The notes below the pieces were generated by a model. That model was given only the letters and a program-made list of their open reading frames with translations, was not told the origin of the DNA and did no database searches. The position numbers and the translations under genes are program-made. Source: Acidobacteriota bacterium (GTDB lineage Bacteria; Acidobacteriota; Terriglobia; Terriglobales; Acidobacteriaceae). Taken from it: 64,000 bases of DNA. Shown in pieces: positions 8,659 through 18,001 of the stretch (positions are counted from its first letter, which is position 1; each line of letters starts with the position of its first letter). The stretch spans positions 2,487 through 66,486 of the forward strand of contig JAHFUA010000004.1 in assembly GCA_023265315.1 (NCBI GenBank), written 5' to 3'.

Positions 8659-9382
8659 AGGGTTTCTGCGTGGGCCGCAGCAGAATCTCGCTGACAAAGG
8701 ACTGTGGCGCCTGGGTAACGATCATGGCCACGGCGTGGGCCACATCGTCGGGCAGCAGCATCTTTTTGGAATCCTTGCTGGCGGTGTGTCCCCACTCGCT
8801 CAGGGTCGAGCCCGGGCAGATGACCGACACGCGGATATTCTGGCCGCGCAGCTCCTCGGCCACGGAATAGCTCAAGCCGTTCAAGCCCCACTTGGAGGCC
8901 GCGTAGCAAGCGCCGTTGGGCAGCGCATTCTTACCGGCCAGGGACGAGATGTTGACGATGTGTCCGCCGCCCGAGCGCAGCATCAGCGGCACCAGCGAGC
9001 GGATGGTGTAGTACACCCCGCGCAGGTTCGTGCTCATGACTTCGTCCCAAACCTCGGGAGGAAACTGGTGCAGGGGGACGCGCACGCCGGCCACGCCGGC
9101 GTTGTTCACCAGCACGTCGAGGCGGCCGAAACTCGACTCCACATGCTGGGCCAGGGCCTCGACGCTTGGCAAGCGGCTGACGTCGCACTCGGCGGCATCG
9201 CACCGGCCTCCGGCTTGGCGGATGGCGCGGGCCGTGGCCTCCAGTGGTCCGGGGGTGCGTCCGCAGAGCACCACCGTGGCCCCCAGTGCGGCCAGCCGCT
9301 GGGAGATGGCCGCCCCAATGCCGCGACCGCCTCCGGTTACCACCGCAACCTGTCCTTCCAGTCCCTGAGCTGCAGTTGCCAT
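8657..9382 (-). CDS. SDR family oxidoreductase
   Basis: TGGGRGIG dinucleotide motif and YAASK catalytic motif. ATG 9382 is preceded by GGAGGTGG; the longer ORF-track start (9526) lacks support. Confidence 0.85.
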   Translation of the reverse strand: MATAAQGLEGQVAVVTGGGRGIGAAISQRLAALGATVVLCGRTPGPLEATARAIRQAGGRCDAAECDVSRLPSVEALAQHVESSFGRLDVLVNNAGVAGVRVPLHQFPPEVWDEVMSTNLRGVYYTIRSLVPLMLRSGGGHIVNISSLAGKNALPNGACYAASKWGLNGLSYSVAEELRGQNIRVSVICPGSTLSEWGHTASKDSKKMLLPDDVAHAVAMIVTQAPQSFVSEILLRPTQKP

Positions 9383-9553
9383 TTTGGAACCACCTCCGGT
9401 GGCCGCCTTGGGGCGGGTTTGGCGCCGGTTCATGGCTTCGCGACCCCGCTGGGAAGGCAGTTTTTCGCGCATTCGCTGCGCGGGGAAACATCCAGCCGCG
9501 CCGTTCCCGGCATCCAATTCCAGCAAGGGAAGGTTACCACTGCGGAACGCAAC

Positions 9554-9582
9554 TTGCCTTAGGCCAGCCGCATTCTTATAAT
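9554..9582 (+). promoter_or_regulatory. sigma70-like promoter candidate TTGCCT-17 nt-TATAAT
   Basis: Hexamers read directly, about 180 nt upstream of the 9762 ATG. Promoter rules for this phylum are not well established. Confidence 0.4.
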
Positions 9583-9611
9583 CCGGCCCTCGCCGTTTAG
9601 AGCTGAAAGTG

Positions 9612-9643
9612 TGTCATCCGGAGGGAGAGGCGGCGTGCCGGAT
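9612..9643. repeat. partial family-A-like end (TGTCATCCGGAG...) forming a short ATCCGG/CCGGAT hairpin
   Basis: Shares the TGTCATCCGGAG terminus with the reverse complement of 44119-44130. Confidence 0.45.
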
Positions 9644-9761
9644 CGGCCCCTTTGCCTTGCCGATGTCCTGAGAACGGACGCGGGCGCAGCCTGCCGTGCG
9701 TCGGAGACAGTTCCACCCGTAGTATTAAAGTGATTGCTGGCAATCTTCCAAGGAGCCTCGC

Positions 9762-11075
9762 ATGAAGAAGTCGCTCGTCACGCTGGTGTTGGCGTTGGCC
9801 GCTCTGGCGGCGGCACAACCACCCACCGCTCCATCCACGACGCCCGGGCAGGCGGCGCAGCCAGGGCAGGCCGCCCCACCGCAGCCACAGAAGAAGGAGA
9901 TCAAGGACCCGGCCGAGTACAACTCGTACATCGCCGCGCTGCGCGAGGCCAATCCCCAGCTCCAGGCCCAGGCCTTCGAGAACTTCCTGCAGCAGTATCC
10001 CAACAGCGTGGTCAAGGAAGACGCGCTCGAACAATTGATGGCCGCCTACGAGAAGCTGGGCAACGCCGCCAGGACTACGGAGACCGCCGGCCGCGTCCTG
10101 CAGGTCGATCCCAACAATGTGCGCGCTCTGGCGCTTTTGGCCTACACCAAGCGCGCCGGCGCCGAGGCCGGCCAGGCGCCGCAGCAGAATGCCGCCGAAG
10201 CCATGCAGTACGGCCAGCGCGGGTTGCAAGCCGTCGCTGCCACGGCCAAGCCCGAAGGCATGTCGGACGCCGACTTCGAGAAGTTCAAGACCCAGGTGGC
10301 CATCATCTTCAACGGCTCAGCCGGTTTCGGCGCTCTACAGAACAAGGATTACGCCAACGCGCAGAAATATCTGCAGGCGGCGGTGAACTTGCGCGCCAAG
10401 GAGAACGCCAACGATCCCACCGCGCTGCGCGACATCTATCCGCTGGCGCTGGCTTATTTGGAAGCCACGCCCATTAATCCCACGGGCCTGTGGTGGATCG
10501 CGCGCGCGGCCGCCTTGAGCAACAACAACCCGCAGATCGTCAAGTACGGCCAGTTCAAATACACCAGGTTTCACGGCTCGCCTGAGGGCTGGGAGCAGTT
10601 ACTGGCCCAGGCCAAGAGCAGCGCCGCGCCGCCGGCGAATTTCGCCGTCGCCCCCGCGCCCAGCCCGGCGGAGCAGGCCAAGATGCTGGCCGACTCCAAG
10701 GATGCCAAGAGCATGGACTTTGGCGAGTGGGAGCTGATCCTGTCGCAGGGATCGCCCGACGTTCAGCAAAAGGTGTGGTCGCAGATCAAGGGACTGCAAG
10801 TGCCGTTCGCCGCCAAGGTCATCAGCGCCACCCGCACCAAGCTGGAACTCGCGGCCACCGCCGACGCTATCGAAAAGAATGTTGCCGACGTGACCGTGAC
10901 CATGATCGCGCCGCTGCCCCTGGCCAGCGTGCCCAAGGCGGGCCAGGAGATCCAGGTCCAAGCCAAGCCCGACAGCTACACCGCGAATCCCTTCATGCTC
11001 CAGATGATCGACGGGCAGTTGATCGCCAAGCCCTCCGCCAAGCCGCCGGCCAAGAAACCGCCCGCGCGACGGTAG
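9762..11075 (+). CDS. secreted TPR-like repeat protein (hypothetical)
   Basis: Signal-peptide-like MKKSLVTLVLALAALAAAQ, Pro/Gln-rich linker, TPR-like helices, basic tail KPPAKKPPARR. RBS AAGGAG. Confidence 0.6.
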   Translation: MKKSLVTLVLALAALAAAQPPTAPSTTPGQAAQPGQAAPPQPQKKEIKDPAEYNSYIAALREANPQLQAQAFENFLQQYPNSVVKEDALEQLMAAYEKLGNAARTTETAGRVLQVDPNNVRALALLAYTKRAGAEAGQAPQQNAAEAMQYGQRGLQAVAATAKPEGMSDADFEKFKTQVAIIFNGSAGFGALQNKDYANAQKYLQAAVNLRAKENANDPTALRDIYPLALAYLEATPINPTGLWWIARAAALSNNNPQIVKYGQFKYTRFHGSPEGWEQLLAQAKSSAAPPANFAVAPAPSPAEQAKMLADSKDAKSMDFGEWELILSQGSPDVQQKVWSQIKGLQVPFAAKVISATRTKLELAATADAIEKNVADVTVTMIAPLPLASVPKAGQEIQVQAKPDSYTANPFMLQMIDGQLIAKPSAKPPAKKPPARR

Positions 11076-11084
11076 GAAAAACGC

Positions 11085-11161
11085 CACGGATTCACGCGGA
11101 TGTTCACGGATTTTGATCAGCAGGACCATTCAGATCCGTTGTGATCCGTGCTAATCCGTGA
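11085..11161. repeat. CACGGAT-type inverted repeat hairpin (arms 11085-11112 and 11133-11161)
   Basis: The left arm cacggattcacgcggatgttcacggatt pairs with the right arm gatccgttgtgatccgtgctaatccgtga. The same CGCGGAT motif occurs at 49029-49055. Confidence 0.75.
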
Positions 11162-11170
11162 CTGGTTCCA

Positions 11171-11205
11171 CTCGGTACACGGTACCTGGTACTCGCTACT
11201 CGCTA
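11171..11205. repeat. heptamer array CTCGGTA CACGGTA CCTGGTA CTCGCTA CTCGCTA
   Basis: Period 7. The last unit contains the stop of the Fis-like gene (11203-11205). The same unit family occurs at 49056-49083. Confidence 0.85.
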
Positions 11206-11481
11206 CCGCGCCGCCCTCTTCTCCAGAACCACGGGACGAGCGCTGCGCGGGGGACGGCGGGCGTTGTCGCGCACCGCGCGCATATCCAGCTTGAGCTCGC
11301 TGATGGTGCGGCTGAGGGTGTTGCGGTGCATACCCAACTCGCGCGCCGCCCTGCACTGGTTGCCGTGATTCTCCTGCAGCACCGCCAGGATGAAGCGCTT
11401 CTTGAACTCGCGCACCGCCTCCGAATACAGGATGCCGCTCTTGTACATCTGGCTCACCAGGGCCTCGAGCTGATCCTTCAC
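11203..11481 (-). CDS. Fis-family helix-turn-helix DNA-binding protein
   Basis: 92 aa with a Fis-type HTH: GNQCRAARELGMHRNTLSRTI. Confidence 0.75.
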   Translation of the reverse strand: MKDQLEALVSQMYKSGILYSEAVREFKKRFILAVLQENHGNQCRAARELGMHRNTLSRTISELKLDMRAVRDNARRPPRSARPVVLEKRAAR

Positions 11482-11549
11482 GACCGCCTCCTCCGCGCTA
11501 TGACACGCACCTGGCTATGAAAACCGCCTATCTTACCAGCGATGCCGCT

Positions 11550-12089
11550 TCACTGCTGGGCCGCTTGCGGGCCCGCGGCCGCGCGCATCGCCGCCACTCC
11601 CTGGCCTAACTTCTGCCGCAAGGTGGCCGGCGCCAGCCAACTCATGCCGCGCGCCGCCACCAGAAAATAGCCTCCCAGGCTCGATCGCCCCAGCATCTGC
11701 GACCCCGGCGCGAACGCCGCCAGTGCCAGCACCAACACCGCTACCACCGCGCTTCCGCGCACCAGACCGAAGACCGCGCCCAGCACACGGTCGGCCCACC
11801 CCAGGCCGGCCTCGCGCGCCAGCCAGCGCGCCAGCCGGCCGATGATCCCTGCGGCGATCACCACCGCGAAGAAGATCGCCAGGAAAGCCACGCTCTCCGC
11901 CACCGCGTCCGACTTGGCGTAGGGCGCGAGCCAGGGCGCGACCCGCCAGTACTCCCAAGCCGCCAGCAGGTATCCCACCACCACGCCCGCCAGCGTAATC
12001 ACCTCGTGCAGGAAACCCTGCGCCGCCGCCAACAGCACCGACAGCACCAGAATGGCGACGATGGCCCAATCCAGGCCGTTCATGTTCAC
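11550..12089 (-). CDS. cvpA: CvpA family membrane protein
   Basis: 179 aa, about 4 TM, N-terminus LDWAIVAILVLSVLLAAAQGF typical of CvpA. Overlaps purC by 4 nt. Confidence 0.75.
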   Translation of the reverse strand: MNMNGLDWAIVAILVLSVLLAAAQGFLHEVITLAGVVVGYLLAAWEYWRVAPWLAPYAKSDAVAESVAFLAIFFAVVIAAGIIGRLARWLAREAGLGWADRVLGAVFGLVRGSAVVAVLVLALAAFAPGSQMLGRSSLGGYFLVAARGMSWLAPATLRQKLGQGVAAMRAAAGPQAAQQ

Positions 12090-13102
12090 ACCGGCAGTTC
12101 GCGGCCGGTGAGCCTGCGGTAGGCTTCCACGTACTTCTCGCTGGTCTCCTGCACCACGCCGGCAGGAAGCGCCGGCGCCGGCGGCCGCTTGTTCCAGCGG
12201 ATCTGCTCCAGATAGTCGCGGACGAACTGCTTGTCGAACGACTCCTGCGTGCGTCCCGGCTGATAGCGGTCGGCGGGCCAGAAGCGCGAGGAATCCGGCG
12301 TGAGCACCTCGTCGGCCAGCACCACTCCGCGCGCCGTGCGGCCGAATTCGAACTTGGTGTCGGCGATGAGGATGCCGCGCGCCGCCGCGTGCTCTGCCGC
12401 CTTTTTGTAGATGCGCAGGCTCAGCTCGCGGAGCTGCTCGCTCAGCCTGGGGCCGGCGCGCTCCGCCATCTGCTCGAAGCTGATGTTCTCATCGTGGCCG
12501 CTGGTGGCCTTCACCGCCGGGGTGAAGATCGGCTCCGGCAGCCGGTCCGACTCGCGCAACCCGCGCGGCAGCTCGATGCCGCAGACTTTCCCGCTCTGCT
12601 GATACTCCTTCCACCCCGAGCCCGAGAGATATCCCCGCACCACGCACTCGATGGCGATCATATCGGCGCGCACCACCAGCATGGAGCGCCCCTGCAACTG
12701 CTCGGCGTGCGGGCGCAGGTGCGCCGGGTAGCGGGCCACGTCGGCGGTCAGCAGGTGGTTGGGCACGATGTCCGTGAGGAAATTGAACCAGAACAGTGAT
12801 AATTGCGTCAGCACCCGGCCCTTGTTGGGGATGCCGCTCCCCAGCACGTAGTCGAAGGCCGAGATGCGGTCGGTGGCGACCAACAGCAGACGCTCGTTGT
12901 CCACGCGATAAAGGTCGCGGACCTTGCCGCTGGCGTACAGCTCCAGGTCGGCAAAATCGGTTTCCAGCAGGACTGCTTCCAGCGCTTGGTTCGTCACGAG
13001 GGATTCGGTCCTAGGGGTCTTCGCTTGCTGAGGAACAGTCGCGTATTCTAACCGGCGGAGGTTTTTTGTCAACGCCGACCTTCGCCGCGTGACCTGAGTC
13101 AC
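12086..13102 (-). CDS. purC: phosphoribosylaminoimidazole-succinocarboxamide synthase
   Basis: Motifs LYASGKVRDLY and ILIADTKFEFG. The GTG at 13102 is the longest start; the true start may be up to about 35 codons downstream. Confidence 0.88.
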   Translation of the reverse strand: MTQVTRRRSALTKNLRRLEYATVPQQAKTPRTESLVTNQALEAVLLETDFADLELYASGKVRDLYRVDNERLLLVATDRISAFDYVLGSGIPNKGRVLTQLSLFWFNFLTDIVPNHLLTADVARYPAHLRPHAEQLQGRSMLVVRADMIAIECVVRGYLSGSGWKEYQQSGKVCGIELPRGLRESDRLPEPIFTPAVKATSGHDENISFEQMAERAGPRLSEQLRELSLRIYKKAAEHAAARGILIADTKFEFGRTARGVVLADEVLTPDSSRFWPADRYQPGRTQESFDKQFVRDYLEQIRWNKRPPAPALPAGVVQETSEKYVEAYRRLTGRELPV

Positions 13103-13345
13103 AGAAGAAATCTGCTGAAAAACTGTTGACAGGACCGCATTCCTGCGAAATGCGCGTCCCGAGCCGGTTTCGGGCGGCTGCTCGCGGTGAAGCTGAAGCG
13201 CGATGGTTTCCGGAAGGAAGAAAATCTCGATGCCTGCGATCGGCCGGATTTATAGCGGGAGACGATAGACTCGTCCGGGGGCCATTGTGCCCATGGGCGT
13301 GTACGGCGGCTGAAAACCGCGCACCTCCGAAAGCAACAAATATGT

Positions 13346-13368
13346 GGAGACGCAGCCTGCTGCTTAGG
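13346..13368. repeat. degenerate palindrome-family-P copy (GGAGACGCAGCCTGCTGCTTAGG)
   Basis: The left arm matches 1239-1249; the right arm is decayed. It overlaps the MOSC gene stop (13364-13366). Confidence 0.5.
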
Positions 13369-14008
13369 AAGCCGCTTGCAGTTGCTGCAAGAAGTGCTCG
13401 CGCCAGTTCGCCGGCAAGGCCTCTAGTCCCACCGCCCGCCGCAGAAGCTCGGGATCGGGATTGCCCGCGACGCGCAGGCGAACGATGTCGGCCACCGAGA
13501 CCCTGTTTTCCTCCCGCGCCAGCAGCTCCACGGCATCCCCGGCGCGAACTTCACCCTCCTCCACAACGCCAAAATAAAAGCCAGTGCTCCGGCTGGCCAG
13601 AAAGCGTTTGATAATGTCATTGCGTCCGAACTTGATGCCCAGCTTGTAGCACGGCATGCGGGGCTGCGTGACCGCCACTACGGCCGTTCCCACGCGAAAG
13701 CGGTCTCCGATACAGGCACTGTCTTCGAGCAGACCTTCGGTTGTGAAGTTCTCGCCAAATGCGCCCCAGGGCAGTTCCGCTCCCGGCAGCTCCCGGCGCC
13801 AAAACGCATAATGCTCGGAAGGATAGGCATACACGGCCTTCTGCGGGCCGCCGTGGACTTGCAGGTCGGCCTGCTGGTCTCCCTCCAGATTGAGCCGGCG
13901 CAACTGAACCGCGCCCTCCACCGGCTCCTTGAAGATGGCCGTAGCCACGGTCTTGCCCACCCATGGCACCCCGCGGGGCTGGCCGACGTTCACTGAAATG
14001 AGCTTCAT
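13364..14008 (-). CDS. MOSC domain-containing protein (YiiM-like)
   Basis: ATG 14008 follows AGGAG. Motifs QADLQVHGG and PRMPCYKLG. Confidence 0.8.
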   Translation of the reverse strand: MKLISVNVGQPRGVPWVGKTVATAIFKEPVEGAVQLRRLNLEGDQQADLQVHGGPQKAVYAYPSEHYAFWRRELPGAELPWGAFGENFTTEGLLEDSACIGDRFRVGTAVVAVTQPRMPCYKLGIKFGRNDIIKRFLASRSTGFYFGVVEEGEVRAGDAVELLAREENRVSVADIVRLRVAGNPDPELLRRAVGLEALPANWREHFLQQLQAAS

Positions 14009-14111
14009 GTCGCTCCTTGGACTTGATCGCCGCAAACCACGCGTGGCGGGTTGCTGGCAGCCCTCGATGGTTGGATATTGAATCAGGAAAAAGGTAACAC
14101 CAAGCGAGAGA

Positions 14112-15389
14112 CTACTTTCTCTCCCCCCGCATCATGTCGGCCGCCGTTTCTCTGCGCCGGATGAGGCGGGCCTTCGCGCCCTCGACCATCACCTCCGCGG
14201 GGCGGCCGCGGGTATTGTAGTTCGAGGCCAGCGACATGCCATAGGCGCCCGCGTCCAGCACCGCCAGCAACTCTCCCTCGCTCAGCATCGGCATCTGCCG
14301 GTCGCGGGCCAGGAAGTCGCCGGTCTCGCACACCGGGCCGACGATATCGACCTCAGCGCGGCGGACGCCGTCGCGGTGCGCAACCGGCACGATCTCGTGG
14401 TAGGCGGCATAGAGCACCGGCCGGACAAGGTCGTTCATACCTGCGTCCACCACCACGAAGCGTTTGTGGTCGTTGCTCTTGATGTAGAGCACGCGCGTCA
14501 GGAGCGCGCCCGCCGGCCCCACCAGCGCGCGCCCGGGTTCGAGCAGCAGATGGATCTTCAGTCCGCGCAGCGGCGCGAGCACCGCCTGCGCGTACGCCTG
14601 GGCGCGTGCGGGAAAATCGTCTTCTCCGGTGTAGGAAATTCCCAGGCCGCCGCCGGCATCGATGTAGCGGATGCGGTGGCCGTCGGCGGCGAGCTGCCGC
14701 ACCAGCTCCGCCACCCGCAGCATCGCCTGCCGGAAGGGCTCCATGTCGGTGATCTGCGACCCGATGTGCACGCTGATCCCGGCGGGATCGAGGTAGTTCT
14801 CCTCCCGGATGCGGGCGTAGAGGGTGCGCGCCTGCTCAATGGCCACGCCGAACTTGTGCTCGCGCAGCCCGGTCGAGATGTAAGGATGGGTCTCGGTCTC
14901 GATGTGCGGGTTGACGCGCAGCGCCACCCGGGCTTTCTTCCGGGCGCGCGCGGCGCACCGAGCCAGCACCGCCAGCTCGCTCTCGCTTTCCACGTTGAAC
15001 ATCAGGATGCCGGCGCGTAGCCCGGCGGCGATTTCGTCTGCGGTCTTGCCCACACCGGAGAAGACCACGTCCTCAGCGGCGCGGCGGTCCACCTTGAGCA
15101 TGCGTGCCAGCTCACCCCCGGAAACCACGTCGAAGCCCGCGCCCAGACGCTGCAGCAGCCTGAGCACCGCCAGGTTCGAGTTCGCCTTGACGGAATAGCA
15201 GATGGTGTGGCGCGCGCGACCGAAGGCGCGGCGGAAAGCGCGGAAGCGCTCGCGGATGGTCGTCGCTGAATAGACGTAGAGCGGCGTTCCGAACTGCGCC
15301 GCCAATTCATGGAGCGGCACGCGTTCGCAGTGCAGTTCCTGGTCGCGGTAGAGGAACCCAGGCGCGCGGAGCACGGGATGATTATTCAC
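14112..15389 (-). CDS. lysA: diaminopimelate decarboxylase
   Basis: PLP-Lys motif YSVKAN, plus GGGLGI, EPGRALVG and CETGD. GTG start. Confidence 0.92.
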   Translation of the reverse strand: MNNHPVLRAPGFLYRDQELHCERVPLHELAAQFGTPLYVYSATTIRERFRAFRRAFGRARHTICYSVKANSNLAVLRLLQRLGAGFDVVSGGELARMLKVDRRAAEDVVFSGVGKTADEIAAGLRAGILMFNVESESELAVLARCAARARKKARVALRVNPHIETETHPYISTGLREHKFGVAIEQARTLYARIREENYLDPAGISVHIGSQITDMEPFRQAMLRVAELVRQLAADGHRIRYIDAGGGLGISYTGEDDFPARAQAYAQAVLAPLRGLKIHLLLEPGRALVGPAGALLTRVLYIKSNDHKRFVVVDAGMNDLVRPVLYAAYHEIVPVAHRDGVRRAEVDIVGPVCETGDFLARDRQMPMLSEGELLAVLDAGAYGMSLASNYNTRGRPAEVMVEGAKARLIRRRETAADMMRGERK

Positions 15390-15408
15390 TAAAATCGCCT
15401 TGCCAGAG

Positions 15409-15564
15409 TGTCATCCTGAGTGAAGCCGCGTCGAGCTTCGCGAAGACGCGGCCAGCGAAGGATCTATGCATTTGGTTCGCAAGCCGCACGCGCTTCGAAA
15501 AACATAGATCCCTCGCTTGCGCTCGCCTCGCGGGGCTCGGCTCGCGCCGCACTCGGGGATGACA
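15409..15564. repeat. inverted-repeat element, family A, full copy (TGTCATCCTGAGTG...CACTCGGGGATGACA), 156 bp
   Basis: Long complementary arms around a central loop. It fills the lysA-GH57 spacer and explains spurious ORFs 15382..15606 and 15411..15602. Confidence 0.85.
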
Positions 15565-15638
15565 ACTTTGAGAGATGGTGGTGCAGGGACAGGAACCCGC
15601 ACCCATTCCCTGCTCCCACTCCCTACTCCATGGTGTTA

Positions 15639-17831
15639 TCAGTACGTGGCCGCGCGCAGCTCTTCATCGGACAGGAGCTGGAGCTCGATCCAGCCTTCGA
15701 CCGGCAGCGCGTCGATGGGCAGGCGGTCGCGCCACAGGCTGAAGCGCAGACGCACGCGGTCGCCCTGCGCGGCGTCGAGGGCGTAGAGCGGCAGCCGGAA
15801 TTCGAAGACCTTCAGCAGCCGCACTTGAGCCAGATCTTGCAGCGCAACGCCTTCCTCGCCGGAGGTCAGCTTGGAGACGGTGATGGCGCGGTCGGCGATG
15901 GTGACATCGAGGCGCAGCTCGCGTCCTTTTTCCTTCGCGGCGCGCGGCTGCCGCTCCAGATTCACCACCAGCTCGAAGTTGCCCTCCGGGACTTCGCCGA
16001 TGAAGTCCAGCCGCCCGTAGACGAACTTCTCGTCCACGCCGGCATGGACCGAGTCGAGCAGGAACTGCTTGCCATGCATGGCCGAGGAGCGCCGGTCGGC
16101 GGTGTACATGGCGGCGCCGATCCAGTCGAAGTAGCGCACCGCGGCACCCTCGATGCGCGGATGGATGTAGGCCGTCTGCGGCGTGAAGTAGGGCCGCGCC
16201 TCGGCGCCGGCGATGGGCTGCGCCAGGTAATCGGGCGGCGAGGCGCCCAGCGCCTGGTAGATATTGGAGAGGTGCTTGCGGTAGAGCTCGTCAAAATCGC
16301 GGTCGTTGGCGGAGTGATGCTCGGGGCCATACCACCAGTTCCAGTCGCTGCCCTCGGCGATCAGCACCTCTTCAAAGGCCAGCCGCCGCGCCGGTTCGCT
16401 CGCCCCCGCAGCCGTGCGCGCGTAGAAGTCGCGGGCAGAACTTAGATAATCCCAGGCGCGGTTGTCCTCGGGGGCGCCGATCCACACGTTGAAGTTGGCG
16501 TTGATCCAGGAGCCGGGGACGAGTGAATCGAGGCGCGGAAACTGGCTCTGCCGCGTGATGGCCTCGCTCACCGTTACCGCCTCCATCTCGCGGTCGCGCT
16601 GGATGGCGTCGTAAACGCGGCGCAGGAATTCCCGTCCGGATTGCGGGTAGTACTCCCAGGCGTTTTCGCCGTCGAGGATGATTGGCACCATGACATCACG
16701 ACGTTTGCTGCCAATCGCTTGCGCACAATCCTTGATGCGATGGATTAAGTGATTGGCGGCCGCGGCGGCGGGCATGCCCGCATAGACGAAGCCGATCAGG
16801 TCGGAGAGTGTGTGGTCGCGAAACAGCATGTGCATCACGGCCTCGGCCTTCTGATAGCGGTAGAGGGTGTAGAGCTTGTCGGCGCCGTCGGCCAAAAGGC
16901 GCCCCTCGCCGTCGCGATGGAAAAAGTAGCCGATGGAGCGCCCCAGCACGCCTTCGTCGGTGGCCATCCATTGGACGCCGAGCTTGTGGGCGATGGCGAT
17001 CACTTCCTCGGAGACGCTGCCCTCCGACGGCCACACCCCCTGCGGGCGCACGCCGAACACCCGCTGGTGCAGGTCGAGTCCGCGGCGAAGCTGTTCTTCC
17101 GCGTCCTCGGGATGGCGGAAGCGTTGCTGCGGCAGCGCCAGCCCGGGCGAGGAGACGCGGCCCTGGTCGGTGTCACACACCAGCGGCAGAATGGGATGGT
17201 AGAAGGGCGAAGTCGAAATCTCGATTCCTCCGCGCTTCGCGGCGGCCGCATACGCGGGCAGCACCTGGGCAAGGAATTCTTTCTGCTTGGCAAGCGCCAG
17301 CACCTGATCGTCGCGTGAATACCCGCGCTCCTTGCGTATCAGCGCCGCCACGTCCTTGTCTTCCAGAAAAAATTCGTCGAACCAGGCGATTTGCGAGAGC
17401 ACCTGCAGGTCGACGAGGTCCTGCGGGCGGAAGTAGCTCAGGGCGCGATCCAGGCTCTCGCCCGTGCTGCGGAACTGCTGGAACAGCTCGCGGTAGCGCG
17501 GATAGCGCCCGATCATGAGCGTGTGGTTGGCCTGGAAGAGATACTGCAAGGCGAAGCGGCGCTCGGCGGGCGAGAGCTCGGCGGCCGGCTTCGACGCCAC
17601 CTCCAGAAATGGGTCGTGTGCCGAACCCGCCACGTAGTCTTCGATCTGCGCGATCAGCGACGGCACCAGGTTGAAGGTTTGGTGGACGTTGGGAAATTCT
17701 TCCAGCAGCTTCACCATGCCGTAGTAGTCCTTCAAGGCGTGCAGGCGGGTCCAGGGCAGGCGGTACTCACCCGTCACCAGGTCCTTGTAGTAGGGCTGGT
17801 GCATGTGCCAGAGAAAGACGACGCGAATCAT
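15639..17831 (-). CDS. glycoside hydrolase family 57 protein (alpha-amylase/4-alpha-glucanotransferase-like)
   Basis: 730 aa with the N-terminal WHMHQPYY signature and the conserved GH57 catalytic region. Confidence 0.85.
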   Translation of the reverse strand: MIRVVFLWHMHQPYYKDLVTGEYRLPWTRLHALKDYYGMVKLLEEFPNVHQTFNLVPSLIAQIEDYVAGSAHDPFLEVASKPAAELSPAERRFALQYLFQANHTLMIGRYPRYRELFQQFRSTGESLDRALSYFRPQDLVDLQVLSQIAWFDEFFLEDKDVAALIRKERGYSRDDQVLALAKQKEFLAQVLPAYAAAAKRGGIEISTSPFYHPILPLVCDTDQGRVSSPGLALPQQRFRHPEDAEEQLRRGLDLHQRVFGVRPQGVWPSEGSVSEEVIAIAHKLGVQWMATDEGVLGRSIGYFFHRDGEGRLLADGADKLYTLYRYQKAEAVMHMLFRDHTLSDLIGFVYAGMPAAAAANHLIHRIKDCAQAIGSKRRDVMVPIILDGENAWEYYPQSGREFLRRVYDAIQRDREMEAVTVSEAITRQSQFPRLDSLVPGSWINANFNVWIGAPEDNRAWDYLSSARDFYARTAAGASEPARRLAFEEVLIAEGSDWNWWYGPEHHSANDRDFDELYRKHLSNIYQALGASPPDYLAQPIAGAEARPYFTPQTAYIHPRIEGAAVRYFDWIGAAMYTADRRSSAMHGKQFLLDSVHAGVDEKFVYGRLDFIGEVPEGNFELVVNLERQPRAAKEKGRELRLDVTIADRAITVSKLTSGEEGVALQDLAQVRLLKVFEFRLPLYALDAAQGDRVRLRFSLWRDRLPIDALPVEGWIELQLLSDEELRAATY

Positions 17832-17837
17832 TCAGAA

Positions 17838-17872
17838 CCAGTTGTCAGTAGTCAGTTGCCAGGTGTCAGTTG
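17838..17872. repeat. heptamer array CCAGTTG TCAGTAG TCAGTTG CCAGGTG TCAGTTG
   Basis: Period 7, starting 7 nt upstream of the GH57 start codon. No inverted partner seen. Confidence 0.85.
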
Positions 17873-18001
17873 TAGCGGCGTGCGCGGGAAGATGCAAGTG
17901 GGCAGTGGATTGCCGTCGAGACAGAGAGCGCGAAATGGAATAGGAAGAGGTAGCGCCGGCGTCGCGTCTCGCCCGCGCCTTCTGCTAAATTAGTCACTCC
18001 C

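Noticed and set aside
13190-13240. SRP (4.5S) RNA-like motif UCCGGAAGGAAG
   Set aside because: Only the GGAA tetraloop context matches. The conserved AGCAGC strand and the complementary 3' strand of domain IV are absent, and I could not draw an extended helix.
13103-13345. Riboswitch (ZTP or purine) in the 260-nt region upstream of purC
   Set aside because: I found no match to the conserved cores I remember (for example the CCGCCUGGGC pseudoknot strand of ZTP, or the purine three-way junction). The purC start is also uncertain. A covariance-model scan (Rfam/Infernal) would settle this.
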